DNA from: Bilabrum cf. latius
Lineage: Eukaryota
Reading direction: 5' to 3'
DNA: 64,000 nt
NCBI GenBank assembly: GCA_965178125.1
Contig: OZ237736.1
Location: 1,674,001 to 1,738,000, forward strand
Shown here: piece after piece, positions 38,977-52,500 of the stretch
Numbering within the stretch: position 1 is the stretch's first letter
Layout of the letters: each line of letters starts with the position of its first letter
Program-made: the position numbers and the translations under genes
The notes under the pieces: model-generated
What the model was told of the DNA's origin: nothing
The model's database searches: none
What the model saw: the letters and a program-made list of their open reading frames with translations, nothing else

Positions 38977-40251
38977 ATGTCTGTATCAGCAGGGCAGCGC
39001 GCGGCCTCCATCTCATCAAAGCTGCCCAAAATTTGGATGAAGTTTGCGGCAGGTGAAAATGGACTGGTCAGTCGGGACCTTGGGACAGTTACGATAGTGT
39101 TACGGTCTGATCTAATTCCCAAAACAGCAGAAAATTTTCGAGGATTATGTGAAGGTGACTACGGCGACAGGGAGGATTCAAAGCAGCCAAAGTATGCCGG
39201 CTCAAGAGTGTACAGAATTGTCCCTGGTCTTGGGATTTGGGCTGGAGATTACGAAAGAGGGGACGGGCTTGGTGGCAAATGTGTGGTTAATGTAGCAGGA
39301 GCCGAACTTGGCAAGCTGAACGAAGAGGGTATGGGTCTCCGTCACTTAGGCCGCGGCACAGTTTCAATGTGGCCAACGTTCGGGATGGATACAGCTGCAA
39401 GTTCCTTCTTCATCGCTTTAGCAAGGGGACCCCTGCCACTGTTGGATGGCCGCGCAGTAGTGGTTGGTTATGTTGTTGCCGGGTTCGATGCCCTGGACTC
39501 AATAGAATCCCTGGGTGCGCCGAGTGGTTTTCCGAGGGAGGAAGTTAAGCTCTAGGCTTGCGGCTAGCTCCCTGGCGATGGTTCGGCTCAGCCAGGACAT
39601 CTGAAAGAAACATCCCACAGCAAAACGAAGAGTACTGCAAGTAAGGCCATGCGCGTCTCAACAGCGGCGGGCCATCCCGGGCCGGTGCCCGCTGAGACAG
39701 GTGAGACCTGTGACGCCCACACGCCTACTGATCTGGGTGCCAAGCAGCCGTCTGGACAGGCGAGCATGCCAGACGCTTCCAGCCGCAGAGCTTCTGCGGG
39801 AATTCCTGTGCCGCTGCTAAGGTAGGCAAAACCGGAGGTATTTCGCGGCCCGTTGGCGAGCGCTGTTCGAGCAGATGCGTCAACTCCTGCTGGCGGTGCA
39901 GATGTGGTGCAAGCAGCGTGGCAGGGCCCTTCGCCAACTGATGGGCACTCGGCAACAATGGGAGCGGATACGTCGTTTACTGGTGTTGCCACTGCGATGG
40001 CGCGTGGTGTTGGTGGTGGCACTCATGGCCACGGGGAGTAGCAGGAGAGCCGAGGCGCAGTCGCTGGCTCGCAGTCAACTGCCAGTGCTGGCAGCGGGCC
40101 GACGGTGGGCCAGGTGGTTCAGGTCCGGAGAGATTATCGCGCGCAAGCGATGATTCAAGGTGGAGCAGGGTACTCTGGAGCATCGGCGCTTCATCGTGTG
40201 TCTGCTGATGTTCTGGGTGATTTCAATGCAAGCAAGTCGGTGCCAAGCTGA
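38977..40251 (+). CDS. Divergent cyclophilin-type PPIase domain with low-complexity C-terminal tail
   Basis: LG.V.I.L.SD.IPKTAENFRGLCEG...YAGS..YRIVPG...AGDY..GDG.GG...LRH.GRG.VSM...S.FFI...LDG..VV.G.V..G...EEVKL*ACG*L. TGA at 40249. Confidence 0.85.
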
Positions 40252-40380
40252 CTGCGTGTTTGACGTGTGGGGGCTTGCAGGAGCCGAGAATCTCCATGAA
40301 GGAATTCGCCACTCGACTCAGCGCCACGAGATACTGTGTTACGGACTAGACAAGTCTACCCTGTTCCATTCAGCGGCATT

Positions 40381-43032
40381 TTATTCATCCTAGTGGCAGG
40401 ACCGCGTTGGAGATAGCAGCCGGCTGAAGTAGCTAGGAAGCCTACGCTCCCCTGTTGGTAATGATTTGGCTACTGGCTCACGCTGATGCTGAGAGGGCCT
40501 GATCTGCCGATCTTGGTCCTTGACCTTGTTATCTTGGACCAGATATCGTCGAACTGGACCCTCCGATCGGTGCCCCTACGGCTCAAGAACCTGCTTGCCT
40601 GTGTATGCTACAGGGGCCTGTATCGAGCGTCGGGTTGCTATTCTCATCGACTGTCGCGGCCTTCCCGTAGAGTGTTTCGCGTCTCTTGCAGCCACTGAAG
40701 ACGTACGAAGTGGGGAACCTCGTTTCCGTGAGTAGACATGGCCGTGGTCTGGGGCACACATACTGACTGGAACCTGCCGGAATCTTCCGGACGATCTCGA
40801 TGGGCTGCGATGCTTGGCTACTTCTGCTTTTCGCTGCCGCGGAGAGACTGACCAAACTGCACCACTCAAGGAAAATTGCTCACCGCGGTCTTCACGGTTC
40901 AGTAACGCCTCAAGGTGATCGAATCGAGCTGACAGCTGCCTGCGCCATGCCACACTAGATGCGCCCTGTTCAGCTGGATCAGCGCCTGGTTCTCGGGTCA
41001 CTCGTCGACTTCCTGCTGTCGTTTCAACCCCTCGAATACTCCGTTGGTCACCATGTATGTCGAGGTCTTCCGACTCCCAGGTGGATCTAGCGCCTGTTTT
41101 CTCGCCGTAAACCGCTGGCATGATAGTGGGTGCTAGATCTACGGCAGAAGTGTGTTCAGGAACTGTCTGTCCGCTGGCAGGTGTGGTGTCTGTGTTGTGC
41201 TCAGGAACTGCTGGCCTGCAAGGGTCAGCAGTGTCTGCATCCTGCCCGAGATTCGCTGCCGTCCAAGAGGAAGAGGTGTCTGCATCCTGCCCGGGAGCCG
41301 CTGGCGTCTAAGAGGAAGAGGTGTCTGCATCCTGCCCGGGAACCGCTGCCGTCCAAGAGGAATAGGTGTCTGCATCCTGCCCGGGAACCGCTGCCGTCCA
41401 AGAGGAATAGGTGTCTGCATCCTGCCCGGGAACCGCTGCCGTCCAAGAGGAAGCGGTGTCTGCATCCTGCCCGGGAACTGCTGGCGTCCAAGAGGAAGAG
41501 GTGTCTGCATCCTGCCCGGGAACCGCTGGCGTCTAAGAGGAAGCGGTGTCTGCATCCTGCCCGGGAACCGCTGGCCTGCCGCGTTGGAGCACGGCATCTG
41601 TGACTCGGCCGATAGGTGCTGGGTTGGCTGTTATGCCTAGTTTTCTGCTTCTATTGGTGGCATCGAGCTCAGCTTGGCAAAGCATGGCTTCGTGGTCCAG
41701 TCTTTCCCAAATGGCCCACTGCTTGGCCGCATGTACGTCATCTTGAGTGCCCAATTTCAGATACTCAAGCGATGTTGCGGGGTCCCACGGCCCAGCTGCT
41801 ATTGTGCCGGTTGCAGCAATCGCTGTAGCTGCTGGTGGCCCTCCCCGAGCGCCCGCGCAACTTCCGGTGCTCCCTTGGAGTGGAGTTTTTGTCTGGACCT
41901 CCTGCGCTACCGCTGCGGACTACCCCTGGCTGCACTCCGCCTGTGTCTGCGCCCTGGTACCATTTTCTTCAGTCTGGCTCCCTGCACTGCTTGCTTCCGA
42001 CTGCCGAATTGTCAAGCGGCTTGCCCCATGGTCGGCCTGGCACTACTCTTGGAGCAGCCGCCGCGCCTCGGTTGAGGCCAAGCTCGCCCTGATCATTTCC
42101 ATGCGTCGGAGAAGGGTGCTGCATGAGCCCGTGTCAGCAAAATGTGCATAGCTACCTGCAAGCATGAACTTCTTCAAGCAATCCATGCACCGACCCCATC
42201 GCTGGTTCTGTAGAGCCACACGAGCCAAGCGTTGCTCGAGCTTCCGGATTGGCCAATCACACGTGGCCATAGAGCGATTCTACTTAGTGAATGAATCCGC
42301 GTACTATCTACACTATGCGGGCCCGTCTGTCTTTGCGAGCTGTATCCACCGACACGTATCCTTCAAAATGTGCAAGTGGCCTTCAACTACACCCTCAAGC
42401 TCCGCCGCTGCAAGTTCCACTTGTCTCATCTGGTGCTTAGTGGCTTGCAAGAGTAAGCCGCTGATTTTTGCAGCGACCAAAGCACAATCGACCGCCTGCT
42501 ACAGCTACGCCCTTGATCGCAGGGATGAGTCAATTATGAGGTCTGCCTCCAGTGGCGTGCTACGCAAGCCCGATTCACCACGCAGCTTTACGTCGCTTTT
42601 TTCTCCCCTGAATATGCGCAGAGGCGGGGTGCAGGTCTGGTTCGTGGGACTGCTTGCCAAGTATTTGGGGCTTATATCGAAGTATGTGAATGCACTATCG
42701 CCACCAGCCTTTGGGTCGCGACCCCCAAAATCATGCCATACGCCTTTCGAATGCTATACAGCGCGTCTTTTTGGGGGGGTTTCTAATCCTGTTTGGAGCA
42801 CAGGCACAGAAGTTGTTGCATCTCGAACAAGGCGATCAAGGAGCACCGCCCCGCGCTCAGCTCTTATCCCCTTGCCGGCAGCGAAGCGCGACTCTAGTAA
42901 TTTGCCTGATAAATTCGGGTCACCTACATCCGCGTATCTAGTCGCTTGCACTGCGTGCTGCGAACCTGATTTCGGTTCTTGAAGCCTTGGTGTCCTCTGC
43001 GACTGCGACTTCGTTTCGACGGCATCGCACAT
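40381..43032 (-). CDS. Hypothetical protein (~883 aa) with 15-aa tandem repeats
   Basis: ORFs 42754, 42043, 41533 and 40576 are co-frame with only TAG between them; ATG 43032, TAA 40381. Confidence 0.7.
41231..41575. repeat. 45-bp coding minisatellite, ~7.7 copies (DTSSSWTAAVPGQDA on the minus strand)
   Basis: Unit gtgtctgcatcctgcccgggaaccgctgccgtccaagaggaagag recurs every 45 bp. Confidence 0.9.
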
Positions 43033-43300
43033 GTCTTGGATGGGACGGCTTGGGTGGTTGCGAGGGCTACAACAGCAGTCAAACGTGACTGAGAGCTGTT
43101 ACGCCGAGTGAGGTGCCAAAGAAATATTAAGCGATTCAACCGGCACAGCCTGAGTTTGTGTAAAGTGAGTGTGTGACGAGGGTCCTAGCATCACACTGCA
43201 AAGCAAAGTGAAGTGCACACACACGCCACGTGCGGCGTGCGAAATACGCCCAGATACTGCTGTCTTGGACAGCCCACATGCTCTGTGCAGGCCAAGTGCG

Positions 43301-45203
43301 TTACTTCCCGCCCGCAGAGTCGGCAGTCTGCCCAGTGCCCCCTTCCTCAGCTTCTTTCTTGGCGCGCTCTCGAGCCCGTGCCCTCTTGTTCTTGCGCTTG
43401 CGCTTGCCTCCCCCAGCGCCTGCGCCAGCTCCAGTTTGTGGCTTGATAAAGTCAGCGCCAACCACCCCGCCACCAGAGCTGCCTCCGCCCCGACGGCCAC
43501 CTCCACTGAGCCGGCCCGCAGACGCCATGCCCCCTCCGACAGACGTGGCGGCAGGTCCAGATGGACCTCCTCGGCCCCGCATGGTAGGAGGCACGTACTT
43601 GCCTGGAACGTACTTCTTGGGTGCGCCACCGCTTGCACCTCCCCCTGTACCACCTGCGGGTGCAGGGCCAGCTCGCCGAGAGCCCGATGAGTCGATGCCG
43701 CTGCCGCTGCCACCTGCTGATGCGCCGGCTCCAGCGGCTGCGGCGGGTGCAGACTCCGGTACCTCCTTTGGATACCCCTCTGCCGAAGTTGGCACTGCCT
43801 TGGCTTCAAGAATGTACTCGAAGGGGGTATCGGAGAGGGCGGCCCCGCCCGTGTGGTGGAACACGCGGATCTTGTTGTCCACTCGCATGCGAGGGTGAGT
43901 CGTGCCCGAGACTATGTAACGGCCACATCGACTCCAGCTAAAGTCAATAGTATCTGCCATTCGCGAATCGCCGACCTTCTTCATGCGCTGGGCATCCCAT
44001 ATCTCGACACGACCGCTCATGTTCCTGAAGCCGCCCAGCGCCACAAACCGACCGCGGGGACTGTAGATCACAGTGTTCCGAGGACCCTCCCCGAAATCGA
44101 AAATAGCCTTTGCAGACGGCTTGCGTTTGTCGGTCCCATGCAGGTACCTGTACAGCTAAGCAGCGGGTGGTGAGTTGCCCCCAATGACTACGAAGTCGCG
44201 GGCACCGTCGCTGGGTCGGACATACGGCGACCAGGCAACGCAGTGCACGGCACCAGGTTTGGGAAGCACAATGGCTTCTGTTAGTCGGCCGCAGTTACTT
44301 GCAATGTGCAGGAAGCTCTCGCCATAGTACGATTTGTCACTGGTTTCCGTGGAGGCCGTCACCAGCACTGCAGCCCCATCTGGGGACCATTCGAACTCGG
44401 CACTATCAACCATCAATGCCTTGTTCGACACAGCTGATTTAGAGGATGAAATGTCTGACATGCTGTACACTAGCATTCTTGCCGGCTGTCCTTTTCTGCG
44501 AGGAACGAAGGCGGCTAGGGAAGCCGAGCTGGCATCCTTGCTCGGGGCCAAGCTGACAGCAGTCACCCCATCGAGCTTGCCTGACACATCCGGCTTGTCC
44601 ATGTTTGGCTTCTCTGCATTGTAAACACGAATGGCATTTTCCCTGCGCAGCACGAACTGGGACTCGTCCTGGGTCCACTGTACCACTGGCCAACATCTGT
44701 GTGGGCTCTCGCGCTCGTGGAACTCGCACAGTTTCGCGCCGTCTGAGACTCGCCATACCATAACATTAGCTGCAGGCACAAGGGTGTAGATGCAACAATA
44801 AAGGCGTGGTTTCATTGCCAGGATGACGACGCATACATGGGCAACCGTGCGGGCACAACTCACGCCTACTATCTATCTTCCGATGCATTGTGCATACGAA
44901 AGCCCCGCTAGGCGAAAATCCGGCCTTTTTAACCTCTTTGTGATCTAGAGTGCACAGCGTGCTGCATTTTCCATCCAGGGACACCACCTGCACGCCATCC
45001 TCATCGGAGGCCAAAACAGCAAGTCTGCCATCTTGACTGCATTCGCTCACTGCAAACTCTCCATCGGCCACCACCTTAACAACTCTTGGGGCAATGCTCG
45101 TTGCAGATGGTGCTGTCATCAGCACGACTCTCCGCTGCTCCCGCACGAGCAAGTACGACTGCGCGGCGGGGCCTGCAGTCGCTGCTCCTCCCACAGCTGC
45201 CAT
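43301..45203 (-). CDS. EIF2A: Eukaryotic translation initiation factor 2A; intron 44863-44770
   Basis: FSPSG, WP.VQWT.DE, W.PDG...LV...TE..DKSYYGE, G.VH.V.WSP, FDFGEGPRNT..YSP.GR...LGGF.N..G..EIWD, PRMRVDN, KYVPP.MR. In-frame TAG at 44156; TAA stop. Confidence 0.92.
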
Positions 45204-45835
45204 TTTCACGACGCACAAGGAAAGCTCGGAGACCAGCGCTCAATGTTGGCAGGAAACTGAGCTAACAGTCCAGCTGCGCGAAATAGAAGATGCCAACTCG
45301 CTGTATGACTCAACTTGATGCCCCAAAGAACCTTTGTGCACTACAGTGCTGTGTTTGACAGCACTTGCTGGACGCCGTCGACGATGATTTTCAGGGCTTG
45401 CTTGCTGGCTGGTGCGATGATTTGTTGGATTGCCGTGAATGGTGCCAGTACGACGTGAGGGGCACAGCGAAAGCAGCCACCCTCAAGCTGTGCGACTCGC
45501 ACGCGTCATGGCAGACCAGGGATTCGTTTAAAGTCTGGCGCCATCCAGGATCGGGCCAAGGCCGCTACACAAAGCAGAAACAGTTCGATTGGGTGGGCTT
45601 ACTAAGCTTGAGAGGTCACAGGAGCCGTTGCCCGAGGGTTCTAGCGGTCCGTGACCGCTGAAGCGCTTGACAGCGTCACATTGATGAATGACGTGGGCAC
45701 TAGCGTGTAGTGCTATGACGTTCCATGCGAGTACAAAATTAAAATAAAAGCACCCAAAGCATTCACGATGCGAAGCGACAACATCGCGCGCATGCAATCT
45801 CTTTGAGCTGCCCGGCGCTCAAGCGCATGAGCGCA

Positions 45836-46359
45836 TCACTTGTCCGCCATTTTCTCCACGAGCAGAACAGGCTTTAGGATGTTGCTCTTGTTTGTCTCCA
45901 CCACTGCACCGTTGGTAACCATTTCTTCCAAAATAAAGTGGGCCTTCTCGAGGTTGAACATTATGTCAAGCTCGCACACGTTCTCGAAGTACTTATCCAG
46001 GGTCTCCACGAAGGCGTGGATAAACTCCAGCATTCCGAGCTCGTTCTGCGGAAAGATTTATGCTAGTGCAGTTAAAAAACATTGGTCCGGAAAGTGCATT
46101 GAGCGACAAATCAATACGTATCCATGCTTACCTCTTCCTCAGGATCACAGCCCACAATGAAGTATAGGGATGCATACCTACGATAAACTACCTTGATTCC
46201 CCTGTACTCCATGAATGAGCATAGGCGTTCACTTCGGCCCAAGCAACGTCGAATGATCTCGCTCTCCACAGCAGTCCGCTCTTCGATTGTCTTAAACTCG
46301 TAGTAATTAGCTAGGCGCGTTTGCCCTTGCTTGTTAACCATCAAGATGAATTTAATCAT
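45836..46359 (-). CDS. AP4S1: AP-4 adaptor complex sigma subunit; intron 46131-46046
   Basis: [20 protein letters not shown]...[21 protein letters not shown]...[45 protein letters not shown] stop. Confidence 0.9.
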
Positions 46360-46547
46360 CTTAGTGAGATGACCCAAGAAAGCGCTGTGCCAGCCATGGG
46401 ACGGCTCTTGGAAAAACCCACGATTTTCTGAATACTGCACGCAACAATATCATCATAATCGTATTTCCGTTCTGTTGCCAGATTCTTGGCTTGCAAGGAG
46501 GTAAACAAGCCCATAGTTGTGTAGAAACCACGAGTGGTTCGTGAAAT

Positions 46548-49500
46548 ATGGGTTGTGGATCAAGTAAGCTGTCGGTCGTTCCCGCAACGTAGTAGAAAGA
46601 CGGGCAACTGGCTGGATTGATTGGCTCAACAGATACTACGACAGCTGCGTCGCCGAAGAAAGCTACGAACCAGTCCATGGATATGCCTGGCTCCGGCAAG
46701 ACAACCGCGTCTAAAGACCAAGCTTCAAGCGCTACAGGAGCAGCTTCTGGTATGACCTCTGCACCGCAGCAAGAACGGATAACTCCCTCACCGTCACGCG
46801 ACCCGGTGGCCAATGCTCAGAAAAAGGCAGACGGTGCGAGGCAGGGCGGCCCAGATTCTAGACCAAATGGCGCGGATCAAGCTTCTGGGTCGAAGACTAG
46901 TAGTGATCCGGATTCGGCTGCGCTGCCGGAAGCGTCGCCAAAGCGAAGGCCCGAAGCATCCAACGAATCGAAGCTCTCACCAAGACCGGCGAGCTCTTTG
47001 GGCAAACACATATCCGCTGAAGTCCTGGCTGAGGGCAAAGAGAAGCTTAAGCACGTGACGGCTCCGACAGAGGAAGAACTCGCAAAGCAAAGAGCAGAGC
47101 TGCGCAATGACGGCGCAGCACCCATGTTTAACGTTGAGGACCTAGACTCGAGATTTGAACGTGTGGGTATCAAAGGGATTCGTCTCAAACCTGAGCCAAA
47201 GAAAAAACGGGTGAAGGGTGCGTCTCACTTTAAGGCAGCTGCCGATGCTGTCATGTCGGCCTCGAGCCTCAACAAGGACGCGGCGCAGTCCAGGGACAGC
47301 CAGCCCCAGGACGCCGCTGCGCCCGGTCCGTCACAGCTAGCAGGCAAGCCCAAGTTCGGACTTTCCCCGGAGGACATGGCTGGCTCCGACGATGACTCAG
47401 ACCTGTCGAGTGTTGGGAGCAGTGACGACGACGACGACGAGGTGCTGGATGAGGACTGGCTCGCGACCGGCACGGCGGACGACGAGCAGGCTGGGGCCGG
47501 GGATGGAGACCAGGAGGGATCGGAGGAAGCCGAGGAAGCCAAGCCGACCGAAAAAGACGAGGAAGAGGAAGAGGAGGATGACGGCGTGGACTGGTCCGAC
47601 CTGGAGACCCTCCGGGCCGTGCTGCTGCGGGCCCAGCTTACCGCCGAAAATAGGCGCGAGTTCGTCGAGGCGCTGCAGCGACAGACGTTCTAGCCGGGTT
47701 CCTACGTGGTGCACCAAGGCGAGAAGGGCGACTCGTTCTACATCATCACGAAGGGCGAGGTGGTCGTGTCCAAGACCCTCGAGAGCCAAGAGGACGAAGA
47801 GTCGTTCAGCGCGGTGGGACTCGTCATCGACGGAGTGGACCCCAGTGGCAGTCGGACGAGAGAGGGTGTGCTTACACGCCTGTACCAGGGACACTTCTTC
47901 GGCGAAATGGCGCTTCGACAGAAAAAGCCGAGGAACGCCAATGTGCGTGTCTTGTCGTCGCAGCCAGTCCAGTGCGCGCGGATGGACCAGGAGAGGTTCC
48001 ATGCATTCCAGGAACAAAGCGAAAAGTTTAAGAGCATCATTGGCCATCTCATCATTGAGAAGGAAGCATCTAAGAAGAAGAGGGACGAGATGAGGCGCAA
48101 ATACCTGGAGGAGGTGGAGGAGGAGGAGGAGGAGATCATGGACAACAAGAATCACGTCTTGGAGATGGAGCCGGTGCACAAGTCCAAGAATGCAGACGGT
48201 AAAGTTGTGTTGAATGGGTATGTCTTGCAGTACAAAATCGGACAGGGCGCTTTTGGAAAGGTGTACTTGGCCCAGAAGGAGGGGGAGGAGCGTCTCTACG
48301 CCGTGAAGCGCGTGGACCAGGCCGCCATGGCGAGGCGGAACCGTCTGCCTGGGGGTCGGCCGGGGAACGGTAGCGGCTAGAAGGACGCAATCGCTAGCTA
48401 GGCGAGCAGTGCTGGCATGGAGAACTACGACGATGTCACTCGGGAGGTGATGGTCATGCAGCGGTTGCAGCACCCCAACATCGTCCGTCTGTACGAGTGC
48501 TTTCAGGAGAAGCCGAAAGGTGATGGAGCGACGAGGCGGAGCCAGTACCTGTACATGGTGCAAGAGTTCATTCCTAACGGAACTATCCAGGAGGAGGAGC
48601 TGGAGAATGAACCGATTGACCCTGACATTTGCAGGCACGTGTTCCGTGGTCTGCTTGCCGGGCTGCAGTACCTCCACTGGCAGGGCGTGGTGCACCGCGA
48701 TATCAAGCCGAGCAACATCCTGATCGATGAGAACAACAACGCTAAGCTCGCTGACTTTGGCACTGCTGCTCTCGTGCCGCCCGATAACGATCGACTAAGC
48801 GACGTGCAGGGCACACCGGCATTCCAACCGCCGGAGATTTTCACGATGGAGCGGGGGTCTGGCAACACGTACAGTGGGTTTGCATTTGACATGTGGTCGG
48901 CAGGGGCAACCCTATATTCGCTTGTGTTCGGGCGGCCCCCATTTATGGCAAAAGGCCAGGTGGCGCTGGTGGAGGCTGTCACCCATGACGAGCTGAAGAT
49001 AGAGGAGAGCAAGGTGAACCCATTCTTGCGCAACTTGCTCATGGGTCTGCTTGAGAAGGACCCGTCCAAGCGCATGACGCTGCCCGGCGCGATGACGCAT
49101 GACTGGGTCACGCAGGAGGGGGCTGACCCTCTGATCACAGCTAGACACAAACGGTTGCGTCTCCACGACATTGCAGAAAGGTCGCGCATGGCATAGCTCG
49201 CATCGATTACCGTGCAGAAGGTGGCAGGTCCCGAGCAGCAGGTAGGCACAGCTGCCGCAGGGTCATCGAGGGCACAGTCCAAAGGTGCTGGAGCGTCCGG
49301 TCGCCCAACACCTCCACCTCGAGGGCTGCGCCCGCCGCCACGTCCAACAGTGCGGATTGGCCGGTAGTCCTCCAATGAATCCACTGATACATTCGCCAGT
49401 GCTGTGCGTGGATCACCCACCACACCGACGTCGGGAACAGGCATAGGGTAGGGCCGCCCTGCAGTTGCCAGTCTCAACCTCGGGTTACGAACAGGAGATA

Positions 49501-52500
49501 CCGCTGCACCGCCTACAACAAAGAGTGGGCAGCGCGCGAGGAGACGGAGCGTTGCTGTGGCCGGATACCGATACAACCCTATCACACCGCTGTCTGCTCG
49601 TGATGGATTCGGTGGTGGCTAGTCACTCCTGAAGGGAGCTTCTACGTCTCGCGGTGGCGGCAAGGGCTTCAATAAATGGGGATCAAAGGAGGCTGCCGGT
49701 GGCAGAGGAGACGCCCCAGCATCGGGTGCAGGTGCAAGCGAGCGGCCGGGTGGGGGCCCCAGTGGTGCAGAGCTACTCGCGAAGAGTTTAACTCGAACCT
49801 AGTCTGCTCCCTACTTGCTTCCGAGCGTTCGAGAGGACCCGCTGCTCAAGTCGTAGACTGCAGTTAGTCGGCACGAGTATGAAATGAGGCAGAATCGTTT
49901 CGGCCGCCTTTGGCGCACCAAAAACCACAGCCATGCAAAGCATGGCATGCCCCACGCTGGGCATGCCAAGGGCAAACGGCGCAGCATCTTCATCAAAAAC
50001 GACGTGGAAGTCGGAATGGAGGGCGTTACGCAATCCCCCCGCATTGACCACGAGCTTCAAGTGAGGCCGGGTAGGGGCCATGGCGGCGGTGTAGATAGTG
50101 TCGGATACTCTAGCCCAGATGCTGCGGCTGGAGGTGGTGCTGGGCCTGCCACTTCAGTTTCGGGCAGCAGTGCTGGACCACGGGGCGGACGAGTGGTCGG
50201 CCTTCAGGAGAAGAAAAGGGCCGAAACTCGCCGGAAGAAGCAGCAGGAGACGCAGGCTAAGATTCGTGAGCTGTGCCGAGCAACGCAGAAAAAGAGGATG
50301 CGCCTTTTCAAGGGCTACGAGGGTCAGTTGGACAGCAAGACGCTCCAGGTGCTCATGGACCAGGGCAGGCTCCCAATCGCAGCAGAACGTGCAGCGGCTC
50401 AAGTTGTCGACATGGAAATTTTCAGCGGTGGGGGAGGGAAAGACGATGCCAAGTCAACGGACAGTGACGCGAGTGCCAATGGCAACGCAAGCCCGCCAGG
50501 TCATGTTACAATGGAAGGACTTGGGCCAGCTTCACCTGGAGCTGGCAGTCGAAATCTGGGCGGCAGCAGCGGCCTCGGATTAAATTCTTCCTTGAAAGGC
50601 AAGCTTGGAGGCTCCGGTGAGCTCAGCAAGTCCAAGCAGGTTCTATCCCGGGCTGAGAGTGAGGCGAGACTTCACAAAGGTGGCCTCAGTCGAACGAAGG
50701 ACTTTGTGATGGTCCGCCACGAAGCTGCTGCCGGAGGTGCGGATGGCGGTCGAGCAATGAAAGGAGTCGTATTCACTTCGAACACTGATTCGCTCAGTCT
50801 TGTGGGTGGCTTGAGAAATGCGCAGCTGAACAAGAGGGGTCAGGGCTAGGACCAGCTGGGAGGCATCGGGGCAACCCATGTAGAAGCAAGCGATGAAGAC
50901 TCGTCTGACGACGACGATGCCAGTCTGGACAGCGCTAGCGAATGGGCTGGCGATGGTGGCGGGCGCAAGAGCGGCATTAAGAAGAGCAGAAAGAATAGGG
51001 TCGAGTCGGGCAGCGACAGCGATTCGGACAGCGACAGCGATGGCGAGGAGATCGTCGCATTGGATGGTAATGACGATATCAACGACGTGTTTGACGAGCT
51101 AGAGGCCTACAAGCACAAGCATGACCCCTCGCTGGACGACCTATCTAAAGAGGAAGAAGCTAGGCTTGCCGTCGCTTTGGCCAGTCTGTCTGTGGACGAG
51201 ATGGCAGCCACAAAAGCAGGTGAAGTACCTCGGGCAGCAGATGCTGCCAGGCGTGGGGAGCAGCTGGAAGGCGACACCGTCGAGCAAGAGAACGAAGATG
51301 ACAGCGATGCTGACGACGTTCACGAAGCAGGATCTGCTGACGGCCTCCGCACTCCGCCCTTGGTGGAGAAGCAAAGTGATGACAGTACGCCTCTCTCTCC
51401 CGCTGCGAGCAGCGACGCAGCAGTTGGATAGGAAGCAGTGAGCAGGATGTAGGCCAGCAAGGTGGAGCAGAAGCATGCCAAGCAAAGGGCGAGAGAGGCT
51501 ATTCCCATGCGGACAGTGCGAAACAACTGGGGTGGTGTGGACCCTATACGAGGCCTTGTGTGGGCTGCTGCTGAGCGCTAGGGCAAACCTGACTACATGG
51601 AAGATCGTTTCCTTGCTGTACCCACCGTGTACGATCGGCGCGATGTGGGAGGGGCACAGGAGCCAGACTGGGTCAGGGCTTGTGGTGGGGCTGCCACATT
51701 TGCTGTGTTTGACGGCCACAAAGGGGACACTGCGTCTGAGTACCTGCGACGTGGCTGGTAGCGGAAGCTGCGAGATGTGCTTGCGAGACCTGAGTCTCGG
51801 CCACCATAGTTACCTCCGATGTCAGCTCGTGATAGCAGCCGTGGCGTAGATGGCGTCAGTGCAGCAACAGGTGGTGCTTTCTCCCCTCGACCGGGCGACG
51901 AGGAGGCCGCTCCCGAGCCTGACTTGCCGATTGGTGTGGCCAGCAGTGGAGACAGCATGGCAAGGGCTCTTCAAGCCGCGTGTACTGAATTGGATGGCGA
52001 GTTGCTGGCTCACTGCAAGAAATACGATGTTGGAGACGGCTCCACTGGAACTGCTGTGGTTTTTATGAGAGATCCTGCAGGTGTAGCGGGTGACGAGGCC
52101 GGTTTGCTGTCTACAGCGAAGGCTCCACTTCGAGTTTGGTGTGCAAACGTTGGAGACACTCGGGCAGTACTTAGTCGAGGTGGCATTGCTGTTGAACTCT
52201 CCAAGGACCACGGCACGGATGATCCCGAAGAGGTCGCTAGGGTACACAGCGTTGGTGGGGCGATCAAGCAGCGCAGGCTGCAAGGCATTCTGGCTGTGAC
52301 TCGAGCTTTCGGTGACATGGAGCTCAAGGTTGACTACGAGGGTCGATATGTTGAGGACCTTACGGGGCCACCACTTATTGCAATGCCGGATGTCGTGCGT
52401 CGTTCCATTGATGCGGAGCGCCCAGAGGATGAGGCCGAAGTGGTAGACGATGATGATGACCCTGATGAGTTGGATCGTGTTGGTAGGGACGCCAGGAACA

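Noticed and set aside
41231-41575. TAG = Trp, because TGG and TAG alternate at one position of the 45-bp repeat
   Set aside because: This is a single transition in an unconstrained repeat. Conserved-domain positions point to Gln and none to Trp.
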